Assembly: GCA_012295275.1 (NCBI GenBank)
Contig: CM022670.1
Location: 27,900,001 to 27,964,000 of the forward strand
Source: Chrysomallon squamiferum
Lineage: Eukaryota > Animalia > Mollusca
Direction: 5' to 3'
DNA length: 64,000 nt
The number at the start of each line of letters is the position of its first letter. Position 1 is the stretch's first letter. Position numbers and translations under genes: made by a program. Below, piece by piece: positions 1 to 21,950 of this stretch. The notes under the pieces are model-generated. The model was not told the DNA's origin. It saw nothing but the letters and a program-made list of their open reading frames with translations, and made no database searches.

Positions 1-8614
<8,614 letters not shown>

Positions 8615-11600
8615 AGTGACCACAGTGAGTCACAGCACTTGACTGAACTCTACAATTCATTGTGCTAGTGTTGGTTAACAAACGACACAGAGCTGGTTGA
8701 GAGCCTGACTGGATTAATTCTTCTATTTACAACCAATTTTTAATCTCTCTTTTATTTCATATTTCATTTGGGATTTTATTTTTTTGCCAACAACACATTT
8801 CACAACATGGGACTAAAAAGATCATGCTGTCAGCTAAACTTTCACTCATTCAGCGATGAATCTTATAATTTATTTTTACTTTTTTCTGTACCTATTCCAT
8901 CTGGAATGGTGTTTGTCACAAAAACATTTAAAAAAAGAACAAAGGAAGGAGGAAACTGGTTGCCATGGTGACTGATGGCACTTGACACAAGGCTGCTTCC
9001 AGATATCATCTAGCTGTTGCCACTGGAGTGTCCAAATACCCTTCCACACGACCAAATAACACATTATAATCATCACCAACAACTGTGATCCTGTGACTAA
9101 CTCAGAACATCATCATCAGCAACAACAACAGAAACAAAAATAAATTTGCTTGCCTGTGCTGTGAGCAGAAATAATTATTAGCGTGGTGATTTTTAAAAAA
9201 TTATTATTACAACTTTTACGTTTACCTTGTGCATTGTTCTCTGTGGTGCTCTGTGTTGGCTCCCAAGTATCTTGTTTGTTTTTACTAGTGATGAAGAACA
9301 CCAAGCAATAGATGTAATTCTGTGGTCATCGTCGTTAGTTCCATAATACTAGAAAACCAAGTGTGGCGACGTACAGCAGCGCCGTTGTCATGGAAACAAA
9401 TTCTGCTCGTGCAATGATCATAAAAGAGGCGTCTATATAATGTGCTGATGATCCTCATAAAGTGAACTAATTATCAAACTGGTGTAATTAGACAACATTC
9501 TGTAATATAGACTGTTTATCATTCATGTTGTATTTCATGTGGCAATATATATATATATATTATTTTTCTTTTCTAATTTTTACAGTGTGTTGTATATTGA
9601 CAAGTACTGTACATATATTTTCATTGTTATTTCAACAGAGAACATTTTTGTTTAAAAAATTTTATTATTTTATTTTTGAACGTTTTAAGACTTCTTTTTT
9701 TTTTCTTTTTCATATTATTTTTTACATTTTACTTTATATTTATTTATTTTGTTTGCTATAGAAATGATGGTTTACATCAATTTGATTAAATCAAGAAAGT
9801 TAATCAAAAAAAAATTTAAAAACTGCATTATATTTAAAACATACCAAAATGAATTCATGTTTGATGTTTTATTAATGTTGAGGTAATCATTGTTTGTCAA
9901 ATGAGCATTTTTAGTCGGTTCACAATTCTGACTAAACTGGTTGTGCGAATGTTGTGAATTTATTACTAGTCATGGGCTCTTCATCACATTAGAATAATAA
10001 CAACATAAATATTAAATATTCTATTAATACTTCATGCAAGTTTCATTTTATATTTTAAAAGAAAAGTAACATTTTAAAAAATATATGAAAAATAATGATA
10101 TGTATTGAATTTCATTTCCTTCTGCATGTTAGAAATAATAATTCTTATACAGTTTTAATAATAAGCTGATCAAGTAAGATTGGAGATATATCAGTATTAA
10201 ATTACAGGAGAGAAAAGCTGCATATCTGTATTATATGACAGTGTGCAGTCAAACAAATCTGAGTGTGTGTTTAAAAGTCAGAAGAAAGTCTGTCAGTGGA
10301 ACAAATGCCAGATGGACTGTCTTCTAGCTGGCAAAATGGCAAAATGAAGTTGAAAGTCTGAAAGATAATTGTTCTATGATATTCAAAGCTTGTTAACTGA
10401 CTATAGAAAGTCTGTCATGTCTGTATGTTAAATGACCATGGATTTTAAAGACATATGAATGCCAGATATTGCCTTGTAGTTGAAGGTAAAAATGTATATG
10501 CCAAGTTTGAAATATGACTCCTATTTGACACTGAAATGTCCATCAAAGTCTGTATATCTGTTAACTGACTTGAGAAAGTCTGTCAAGTTCCCATTTCTCT
10601 TAACAACAGACAAAAATCTATTCATTGAGTAAGAAACAGATGAAATATCTTATTGATAAAGTTAATAGCAAATCTGAGGTGAAAGTTTACTGCAGATTAC
10701 AAGGTAATCAAACAAATAAAGATGCCCATGAATTAGAATGAATTCACAATATTTCATTTTACTCAACACCTGTTGGCCTTTTGCTGTAACATCATAATTA
10801 GCCTGCCGCTGGTAGAGGCACCACCCATCTCATTAACATAAGTTATGTAGGACTATTTTAGGTGGGGTAGGGTACTGAAATCTAAATAGTCTTTAAAAAT
10901 GAAATAAATCAAAAAAAGAAAAAATGTATATAAAGAGTAATGAAACTAGTAGATAAAAATAACTTAAAGGATAGAATCAATTCTGATGTTGCTAAGGTGG
11001 TTGTTGATTGACAGGTGGGTGGAGCCAGTGATAGGTTAATTAATAAGCAAATGTAATGGTAATTTCTGACTGAATGAAAGAATGGTGGGTGTGCTATGGA
11101 GATTTCTGTTAAGATGCACATATTGAAAAGACAGACACTTTTTTTTTAAATATTTGAAGAACATTTTAACCAGTTGGTCAGTTTGTTAAACTACTGTTTG
11201 TTATGTTTGTATTACTTCCAGAATCAGGTGTTAATAATTAATAATAATAATAATAATAATATTAATAATCATGAGCATGTTGAAATTATCAGTCATTCAT
11301 TTCATGTTTTTAATTTGTGACAGCGTTTGAGGGCATTTGTTTAGTTTGATTTAAAACATGTAAATCCAATGTGTGATTTCACTGAAGTAGGTTTTTGATG
11401 ACACTTTTTGTATTAGGTTACATTGCCTGCTTACAATTCGACAACCTCAAAGAAAATAGAGAAGCATAATTCAGAATAGACAATTTTACAGTTCGTTTTT
11501 AAGAGTTTCAAGAACTCGACATGGTCTAGTCTCCAGCTAAAAGCTGCGTGTGTGTTGTAGAATTTACACTTAAAAAAGTCTGAGTAGCAAATTTTGTTAG

Positions 11601-13697
11601 CATTATCTACCATCGACTTTTTAAAAGCCATTTTTCAGAGACAAAGTGCATCGCAGTCTCAGTTATCGGAAAGGAAACAAAAATGAGAAATAACTTGTAA
11701 GTGAATGAAGATCTGGACATTGCTGAATGACATTGTATGTACTTTAATAATAATAATAAAATTTCCTATATACATATACATATATACATATATAAATATA
11801 AATATATTTATTTGTACTGTTGTATGTGCACACTGTCCCTCATGTATCTGTGTGTGTGTATTTAACTTTGTTTCACTCACTGCACAGTGAAATCTTGAAT
11901 TCTTAGGGGCCAAATTTTCATATCTTCATTGATGTGTTGGGCACATCTTTAACCTGTATATGCAGTTTGGAAACAAGACTGTTTAAAAAATGTACAAGAA
12001 CACCATTTGAACTTTGATCATGAAATTAATTAAATGATGTATTTTTAAATATAGTTTTTTTTTTCTCCCAAATATCTGATTTATTATCAGAATTAGAGGA
12101 CCAGCATTTACCAAAATAAAATAACATAATATTTTTAAAAATAAATTTAGATAATCACACTTTCATAAATTGTCATTAAAAAAATATTAAATTAAAAAGG
12201 CAGCAAAATTCCATTCCTTTTTTTTTTTTTTTTTTTTCTTTTTTTTTTTTAGGAATATGATTGATAATTGTGTTAAAACTCCAGTTATTATCAATTTTCC
12301 AACCTGAAAGTTTCCCATCGCAAGTCACTTTAGAAACCAGAATTTTAAATCTGTAAGAATAGCCTTCCTGCATATATGAATTAGAGAAACGTGCCCATTA
12401 AACACAATCATGAAAGTTTTGTTGTTTCTCCGTTTTTCTTTCAGTAATTTATGTGAGTACAGTACAACTTGAATGTTTTTGTCACCCAGCTTGAGTAAAA
12501 ATGCTAATCTGTTATTTTAAAAAAAAAATTTAAAAAAAAACATTTGTTCAGTATTGTTAATCATGATTACTCCTCAAATTAAATGTAAAAATGTTTTTAG
12601 TATTTATTTTTTAACAGATTTTTGAAAATTCAAAAGCTGATCATGCTGTGTACAAAGTGAAACAAAATTTGATATTTTAGAATTGTTTATTCTAAAGTAA
12701 ATATGTTCTGAGTTCCTGATCGCATTTTTTACTTGTATTTCATGATAAAAATGGGGTGGAGTTGATCTAGACAGTTTTGTCAGGGAGGAGTGGTTTGGGG
12801 TTTTGTGCAGGTTTTTTTTAGATAATCATATTTAGTATTTAGAAGTATTTTCTCTGTGTTGAATGCTGTACATTAAATACATTTTTATGATGTCATAGGA
12901 TCTATCTTTTTTTAAGTTATTTTATTTTTATTATTATTATTATTCTTAGTATTATTATTAATATTATTAATTTTTATTATTATTATTATTATTTTTTTAA
13001 ATACGGCTCCAAAGTATATTTTCTATTGTAGTACATTTTTTCCACCACCATTTAAGATTGCACATTTTTTTTATTTCATTTTTTATCGAGGATTTTAGAT
13101 ACCTTTTTGGGTTTTTGATGCTTATCTTTACTCATTCTTCACACAGTATTGAATATTTTTGATCATTTTCTATGTTTATAAAATAAGTATTTGATATCAT
13201 CTTAACCAGGACTTAATCATTTGATGTGTGGATGAAACAAACTGATTTAGTGTCATTTTTGTTAACACAAAAACCAAACAATGAAACGGTATCAAAAAGC
13301 ACTTGTTTAAGCCAAACAAAGTCTGAATCAAAACTTTTACATGTAAATTATCACCAATTTGTAGCTATCAATTTTAACTTTTCTTTTCTCCACACCTAGC
13401 TTCAAATGTATCTTCCAAAAAAAAATATAAATAAATAAACTGTTATTAAAAACATTTGTTAAATAGTTATAACCTAGATTATAAATATGAAGTTTGATGT
13501 TGTAAAAGCATGTAAGAAACCTTAATCAATCTGCTGTAGATAGAGCTTATCCAGTGGTTAGACATACAGCCTTGTAAAATTGCATCTATTCGCTTCTATT
13601 ACACTGTCAGTGTGTTGTCACAATGCATGCATCTCAACTTGTATTTTGTATGTCATGAAATCACTGATAATTCTGTCAACATGTAAGTCAGTACGTG

Positions 13698-13703
13698 AAT
13701 AAA
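13698..13703 (+). promoter_or_regulatory. Candidate distal poly(A) signal of the phosphatase gene
   Basis: AATAAA followed by GT/T-rich sequence (gtgtgctcttttttgttgttgttg). No coding exons recognised in 8615-13700. Confidence 0.3.
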
Positions 13704-14797
13704 GTAATGCTCAAAATATTGTGTGCTCTTTTTTGTTGTTGTTGTTATTAGACATTTATTACTATTACTTCAGCAATCATGAGGATTCAGTATTTCTTAA
13801 TCGACAGGTACTGAAGTGTACCTTTTCATAGAATGTACAAATTTGAAAAGTGCATTGTATTCAAATTTCAAAGTTAACATTTTATTTAAGTTTTTACCCA
13901 TAATTTATATTTTCCAGTAAAAATTAACTTCATCTTACCTGAATCACGCTACCAGTGAATTCTCATTACTTACAGATAACTCAATGCCACATTATTTTAA
14001 GTTAGTTTATTAAAACATTAAATGTGCACTTAATACATTTTTTAATAAGTTACAGTGCCAAGTATAATTAATGAAAATTTTGATTTTCTTATAATAATGT
14101 TATTTTTAATCAGTCAAAATGAATACAGTGTAGTTTTTAAAATCAGTTTTAATTCATTTAACAGTAAACAGTAAAAAGAAACAAACGTATTAAAAATTGT
14201 TTTATCATTTGGACAAGTTATCTCTCCTGCCAGTTGAAGTGTTTGTAAAACAAACAAAAAAAGCCACTTCATGAAACATAATATTACTGATATAAACAAG
14301 AATGTCAAACTTGCAAAAACAAATACAAATCTGTGTTTAGTTGAAACCAGCAGCATTGGGATATTTCTGATAAATATTGCAGATGATAAAAATCATAATG
14401 ATATGATTTTTATTGTGATGATTTCATTACAAAGAAAAATACTTCAGTCCTCAGAAAAGAATGAAAATGTTTTTAAACATTTGTTCATTTATATTTACAT
14501 TAACATTTACTACAAACTAATAAAGGATTGAAATTCATTTACCACAACTACCAAATTTTAATGAAATAAATAATTAAGAATCATCTGAATAATATATTCT
14601 ATTACTACAAATTATTCAAGCTTATTTAAAATACACCCATAAAAACATTTAAAAGTATTAAATAAATACTAACAGATTTGTATCATTTTCATGACACCAC
14701 TGAGATACATGGTTTTTAAAAATAAATAATAAATAAATTTCATGTAAGTAATGAAATGAAAACAAATCTTTTTAATGAAAATTTAAAAGAAATCCAA

Positions 14798-17700
14798 TCA
14801 TAATCGGAAAAAACTTGTAATTTGTTTCTGTCCTGCAACTTGAGGAAGCAGTCTACGGCGACAACTTTTCGCTGGAGCTTTCTTTTTTGTAATCTGGGGT
14901 TTCTTGCCCCCTTCTCTCACTGAAGGTGAACGAGCACTAAGTCGAGCTTTTTTGTTTGGATTTTCCGAATCATTTGGTTTTGGAAAAACATTTTCTTTAT
15001 CTTTAGAAGCACTGCTTTGTTTGTTAAATCTGCTGAAATGTTCCTGGGTATCAGCCGATGTAGACACCAACGTTTTACTGAAAAAGTAAAGTGCTTGTGT
15101 TAATTAGGTTTAAAATGTAATAATAAAATAAATTTAAATCATATATGAAGGCAAGTATTTTTACATTCAAGTTTATTATAAGTATTATTATTGTTATTGT
15201 TATTGTTATTGTTATTGTTATTATTATTTATTCATTCATTTTTTGGCATGAACGAGATATTTAGAAGTTTTAGCATAATAATAATAAATTTAACATACTG
15301 AAGTGGGTATCATCATCTAATAGCTAAAAATATGAACTACAGTAAAATTAGACAATACCTAACATACTGTACTAATGAAAACAGTATTCAATACAGTACA
15401 CATTCCGTCATAACCAGGTGTATTATGAAAATACAGAGGATACAGAGATAATAAAACCATGGCTATTACACCAGTCATTAGGCTAAAGGTATTCAAGAGA
15501 TAAACAATTTAAACAATTACAGTTACAGAAACATCTAACCTTGGCAGAACAGGGATAGAACCAACGTCTTTTTGTCTCACTTTCTCTCCACAGGGAAGAA
15601 CAGTTTCCTGGCTGGCTTGTCTCTGAGAAATGTTCAGTATATTGTCATTCAGTGTGTTATTATAAATTTTAAGTGCAGGACAATTCACAAAGAAGTTTGA
15701 ATTCATTAACATTTATTTACTTTTTTCATAAACCCACATTTTCTTAAGTGTTTTCTCTAAAGTTAATGGATTGCTCAGAAAATTCACCATTATGTGATTT
15801 GGGCTGAAACAGCCAAATGTTGAGAAAGTAATTTATAAAGATATGGTTTCTGCTTTGCGCTCAAAGGGAAGATGGAAATAAAAGTTCCTTGCTGCTAAAT
15901 GATCAGAGATTCACATAGAAAGGCAGCATGTTTTACTTTCTCATGTCATAAATAAACAAAAACATAGAAACAGATTTGTTAAAATGTATCAGTGTGTAAT
16001 TAGACAAATGTTCATTTGTTCCTTCATTATTACTGTGTGGTTTTTTATCAGTTAATACATTTGAAAAACAAAAATTTGAAAATTTGATCGTTACCTTTAA
16101 ATTATTTCTGTTTGTCAGTCTTTTTTGTTTGGTAACTTTTACTGGAGATTCATTTGTTATCACTGGAGACCTTCAAATAGAAAATAAATAATACTTATAA
16201 AACATGTATTATTCCTTTAAATTAGTTATTCAGAAATTTGTCTCTTTGACAAATAAGTAATGTAAATGAAAATGTATTTATGTACAAACATAAACAATGG
16301 AAGCAACCATAAAATTTCAATATGACCTGGAAATCTTTGAAATTAAAAATATTCACAACAGAAAGTTTATAGTATGATTAACTGCTTAATATTCTAAACT
16401 TTATAAGTTAAGAGCATTAAGAGAATAATTTCTTTCATACATAAGATTAATAACAATATTAATAATAATTATAAATTTACAAAATGCATTATTTTATCCT
16501 TCTACCTGAACTGTGAAAGGAGACTAGGAATTCGTGTTGGTGTGTTTGGATTAAGTGCAATACTTTCTAAGAGAAAATCATCAGAGTTATCGTCTCCTGA
16601 CATAGTTGCTGTCCAGTCTAGAAGCTGTTGAAAAATTCTCAAAGATCTTCTGCATGTAAGAGATCCACCCTCACTGGCAGGCTGAAAGTAAATATTTAAT
16701 TTTAAAAATCCCAAAACAACAATTAAACAGTTTTCAAATATATTTCCTTTTCACTTTCTATTAAATTTTATTCACATTTTTGGGTTTATTATATTTTCCT
16801 TTGTAACAAAGATCACAGATTTCCAGAAAAATATCCATGACCAAAACAAGTTTATTAGTAAATTATTTAGATATGTGCATTCCAGTAACTTTCAAAATAC
16901 TTCATACAATACAACAGAACAAAAAAAATTAAATTAAAACAATAACCAACTATCAGATTGGATTGAAAATACCTTATCAGGACTTGAAGCAGCTTTTCTT
17001 TCATTATCTTCAATAATAGTCATCATTTTTTTGTTAACTGCATCAGAAACGAGATCTAGATCTTCCTTCTTGAACCTGCACACACTGCAGTGACTCAAAT
17101 TATTTCTGATAACACTGACCACTTTAAGACAAGCAGAACTAAATAAAATAAGAAAATCAAATAAAATTTAATGATAATTAAAGTGATATATTAAACTGAC
17201 ATAAAACATTGTAATACATTTATTGAGAAAATAAACTGAAATAAATATAAAGGGAAATATAGTTACACATTTAAATTGATAAAAAGAAAAAAATCATTCA
17301 TACAAATTATTCTGTAAATTTTCTCAAATTATTAATTAATACATGCAGAAAGCTAAATAAACATAAGTTCTAGAAATCAAATACAAAATAAAATACTGAA
17401 TAATGATAGATTTGGTAATTAAAATTGTAAATGATTTCTTAACAGTAGCCCCTCAATAAACACAAAATCCACTTACAATCGAAATAAAAAATCCATAGAA
17501 TTTTTGGATTTTGAAATGTTTTTTTTAATAGATTTATAAACAACAGCGTTTATTCTTAATAATCTGTTTACCTTAGATCTGGATCTTCTTCCACGATGTT
17601 CTGCAGTTTCTGCACCAAGCCCATCAGCAGACCAAATCCTTTGACATGAGGAGCAAGAGGATCAGTTTTGTCTGGAGCATAACCTTTACCACCCAGACGT

Positions 17701-20329
17701 AACCGCATCACAAACGATGTCAGTGTCTGCAACAGAATTTAAATATAAACACTTTCACACACAGACAATATAGTAGTTTTAGAAAATAATTTTAACAGTA
17801 ATGACAGTGACAATAACAATAACAACAACAATAATTACAAAATTAATAATAATATTAACTTTGAATTATAAAATAATTACTAGTTTAATTTTTATCAAAT
17901 ATCTGTTTAATTTATATATCAACATCTTTTTATTTTCCACATCTTGTTTAAAATATTTAAAAAAAAAAAAAAAAATTTGTCTGTTATGGAATTAAATGAT
18001 TATTTTTATCTTACTTTAAAAATAATTACAGACAGTAATACTGTAAAAAATATTTTACAACATTAAATTTTGGTGATACAGCATTAATAATAACAAACAT
18101 TTAGTTAAGATATAAACACTAAACCTGGTACATGGGCAGATTTTTCTTCTTAGCTTCTCTTTTAACAGCTGTGAAAGCCAAGTGGTCAAGATCACGATTT
18201 GGAACGTTGAAAATCAGCGACAGAGCCAACTCACTCCGAGTGTTCACCAGAAGATGAATGTATGAAAGAATGGTTTTGTTGATAAAACTCTGCAAAACAA
18301 AACAAATAATAATAATAATATATATATACACACACACACATATACACATATATTGCTAAATTATATTCAGTATATTGTTAAATCAAAATCAAAATCGTAA
18401 ACAATAATTCTCTATGAATAGTTCCAAGGAATTCATAAATTTGTTTTATAACAATACATTATGTCAACAATATACTTTGTGATTTTTCTTTCTAACTGTG
18501 TAATTAATTATTCTGAAGATGTAAACAAAATAATTTGAGATAATCTAAAATGTTAATATTTTAAAAGTTACCTGTGCAGTAGTATAGTCATTTTCACTTC
18601 TGTCTTGTGTTTCTTCATCCTCTTGGGACATGTTGCTTCCATCTTGTAAACTAAGTGACAAATCAGTAGCTTTCCCTTCTGGACACAGAAGCTGAAACAT
18701 CTTTTTCTGTGGTTGGAATTTAGAATAAATAAAAAAGTGGAAAGAATAATTTTCATAAAAATAGTGCATAAGTATGATAACAGAATTAATTTCAAGTGCA
18801 CACACACACACATTTTGCTGCTTATTTTACATTCAAACCTCAGTTTGCATAATTAAAATATAATAAATTCTTTCTTATTTGAATAGTTTTCAGTTTTCAG
18901 TTTTTTAAAGTAAAACAACACACCACAGTGTTATTACAGTCTGCACATACCTCCAGACATGTCAAAGGGTTACCAAAGCAGCAGATAATGGTGGCTGCCA
19001 AATCTTTCTGCAAGTCAGATTCCTTTTCAAGTTCCTTACTAACAGCTTGGTAAATATCAGTTAGATCTACATGGTTACTGGACTTGAGGAATGTCTGATA
19101 AAATTCCAAGACAACACTGACTTCTGATTCACATTCTGTGGGAGATAATTTCTCTTCTTGTATTTTCTGAAGCATTTCAATCACCTCTTCATTTTTTGCT
19201 TCATAAGCACCACCATTCTGGAAATTTAGAAAATCACTATTTAAATGTATGATGTAGAAGAAAACATTAATTATCACATAATGTTTTACTGTGAATTATT
19301 TTTAGCCAAAACAAATATAATTAAGAGGTATGTGTGAAAAGCTGCTAGTCTCATAACCAAGGAAATAACATTTTAAACTGTGAGGAAGGGATCTTGGGTT
19401 GTCCAGGCAGACTGCTGTTTTAGAAAAGCCGGTTAACATGAATTTGATACTAGGAGCTAAAACACACCGGACAAAGTTTTACATTTATTTCTACAAATAT
19501 TCATTATTTATATCTTTTGTGACTGATTAGACTTGACCATCACATTATTTAATTTTTCTAATGAAATGAGGCTTTTCATTTTAATTTAATTCAATTACTT
19601 AAAATATTCAGGTAAAAAAAAAAAGAATAATAATATTATTTATCAAGTATCCCATGTTAAGTGTATATTCAGAAACTATTTAAATACCAGTTTGTTTCTC
19701 TCTGCTACTGCAAGCTGTACAATGTGAGCTGTGTCTGACTGAGATAAAACAGTGAATCGAGGATTAGACGTCAGTCTGTACTCACGACACAGTGTAACAA
19801 ACCACTCGCTGATGCATGGTATGTGGCACTGTGCATCTTTTACACTGCTGGCTGGAGTCAAAAACTGCAGTGTTTGAGGTTTAACAGCATCTGTGAAATG
19901 GAAATTTGTATTAACTCTAGTAATGTTTCTAATAAAGATTCATGGGAGTAAACAAATACATATAGTATATTTCCCTAAAAAGAAGTTTCTCTAGTTCCAA
20001 TGAGGGCCTCTTTGCTTGGGTTACAATTATGACAGTAGTTTTTTCTCTGCGTGTAGGTGCCTATACTACATTATGAGTGCAGAAAAATTTAATATATATA
20101 TATAAATTTAAATCAGTCAATAGAAAATGAATTTACAGTTGTACTGATTAAAAACATATTACTGCTGTTGTTATGATTATTACTTTTTCTGCATCATTAA
20201 AAAATACATTTTATAATGTGCATGTAAACTATTCATACCTTTTTCTATTGTATTTCTTGCAGAATTTAAAACAGTCTGAATGTCTGTGACTGTATGAAGT
20301 GGTTCTGAAACATATACTACAGAAGCCAT
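14798..20329 (-). CDS. PARPBP: PCNA-interacting partner PARI (PARP1-binding protein)
   Basis: ATG at 20329. Approximate exons: 20329-20239, 19890-19688, 19217-18951, 18706-18572, ~18290-18126, ~17726-17572, ~17125-16972, ~16682-16506, ~16171-16095, ~15623-15540, 15077-14798. The peptide SYIHLLVNTRSELALSLIFNVPNRDLDHLAFTAVKREAKKKNLPMYQ and the C-terminal PIP box QKQITSFF match PARI as I recall it. Some internal boundaries are approximate. Confidence 0.88.
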
Positions 20330-20510
20330 ATTTTAGTTCAGAACTGGAACTGAAAAAAAAAAATCATAAGTTTTCATAAATAAAAAAAATAATAAAATTT
20401 TAAAATCTTTGATAATTAGACCTGTATTACACATTGTTCTATGATATACTACTACTACTACTGCTACTACTAATAATAATCATCATCATCATCTATATAA
20501 TAATATATAT

Positions 20511-20542
<32 letters not shown>

Positions 20543-21950
20543 GGCACTGTGATTGTTAACAAGGAAAAATTAACACTTATTCAAATCTAATTCCATTATG
20601 GAAAATTAATATTCAGTTTGGTAAACTGTATCTGAATGTAAAAATGACAGACATAACAAAGACACTACAGCGATTGCTGTATTTGCAGTAAACGCTCGAG
20701 ATTCTGTTTAAACTGTAATGTAATACGCAGTGTACGTCAATAATGGAACATAATTAATTTAACAGACCTATTTAGTTGAACATTTCCATCGTAACTGTGT
20801 ATTCAAACAAATGTTATAATAGAAAGAGGATAACTTACTGAAAATAAATTATAATAATTTTAATTGTAATTGACTACCAAGGTTTGTATTTGCCCCGGTA
20901 TCACGTTATTTATTGTATTAACCAATCGTTTGTCGATTCTAAGAAATTTGTATAAAATGGGAAATTGTTGCGGAGTAAGATTAAGATGAAAAACTCAAAT
21001 TAAACATTAATCTGAGATAAATTATATCGATAATACAGTTGCACATTTTAAATAATTTAAAGTTCTTACTTACTGTTCCCAATTTTTGTTTGCTTTATTT
21101 CAATTAATGTTTCAGCCAGATTTTTAATTACCAAAAATTAAATACTTAAAATAGGTTAAGGTTGGCTAGATTTTTATCTTTAAACAACGCTTGACCTACA
21201 TTTGTAAGTAGCAATATATCGTTATTTAATTGAATTTCATCTTAATTTATTATTGACAAAAGCTGACAAATTTATTAATTACTGTTTTATAATGCAATAA
21301 GCATATTCTGTACTTGGTCTGCTCTGAAAATGGTTTACATTCATCTTTTCACCTTCGTTGGTATTAGGCCGGTGTTTCAGTATAAGTAATACGTTAAAGA
21401 TTTCAACTAAAATATATATGACATGTAATAACTAAAATTTATCTAAACGTGTTACATTTGTAAATCGTAAGTGAAGTGACTAGTAAGGAGGGAATGTAAT
21501 TGATCAGGATATAAAGTATTAGCTAAAACATAAAAATGAAATGAAATAAATACATACAAAAAAAAAAAAAAAATGATATATAAAATGATAAAATAATAAT
21601 AATAATAATAACAAATAAGTAAATAAATAAATAAATAATAGAAACCCACCAAAAAAATAAATAAATAAATAAATAAATAAATTAAAATAAAGAAATAAAA
21701 AAAATGTAGAAGAAGAAAAGAAAAATATAAATAAATAAATAAGACAAGTAAAATAATATAAAATAAATAACTAAATATATCTATTAAAATATGACTAAGC
21801 AAAATATTTTTACTTAAATTCAGATTAAAAACCATTATAGGAACTTTAATCTTTTCTCTTTTTTTTTTTTTTTTTTTTTTATAATTTTATTGGACTTTTA
21901 ACTTTTTTTTTACTTTCTTTATTTACTTTCAGACTTGAAAAAGAAACATT

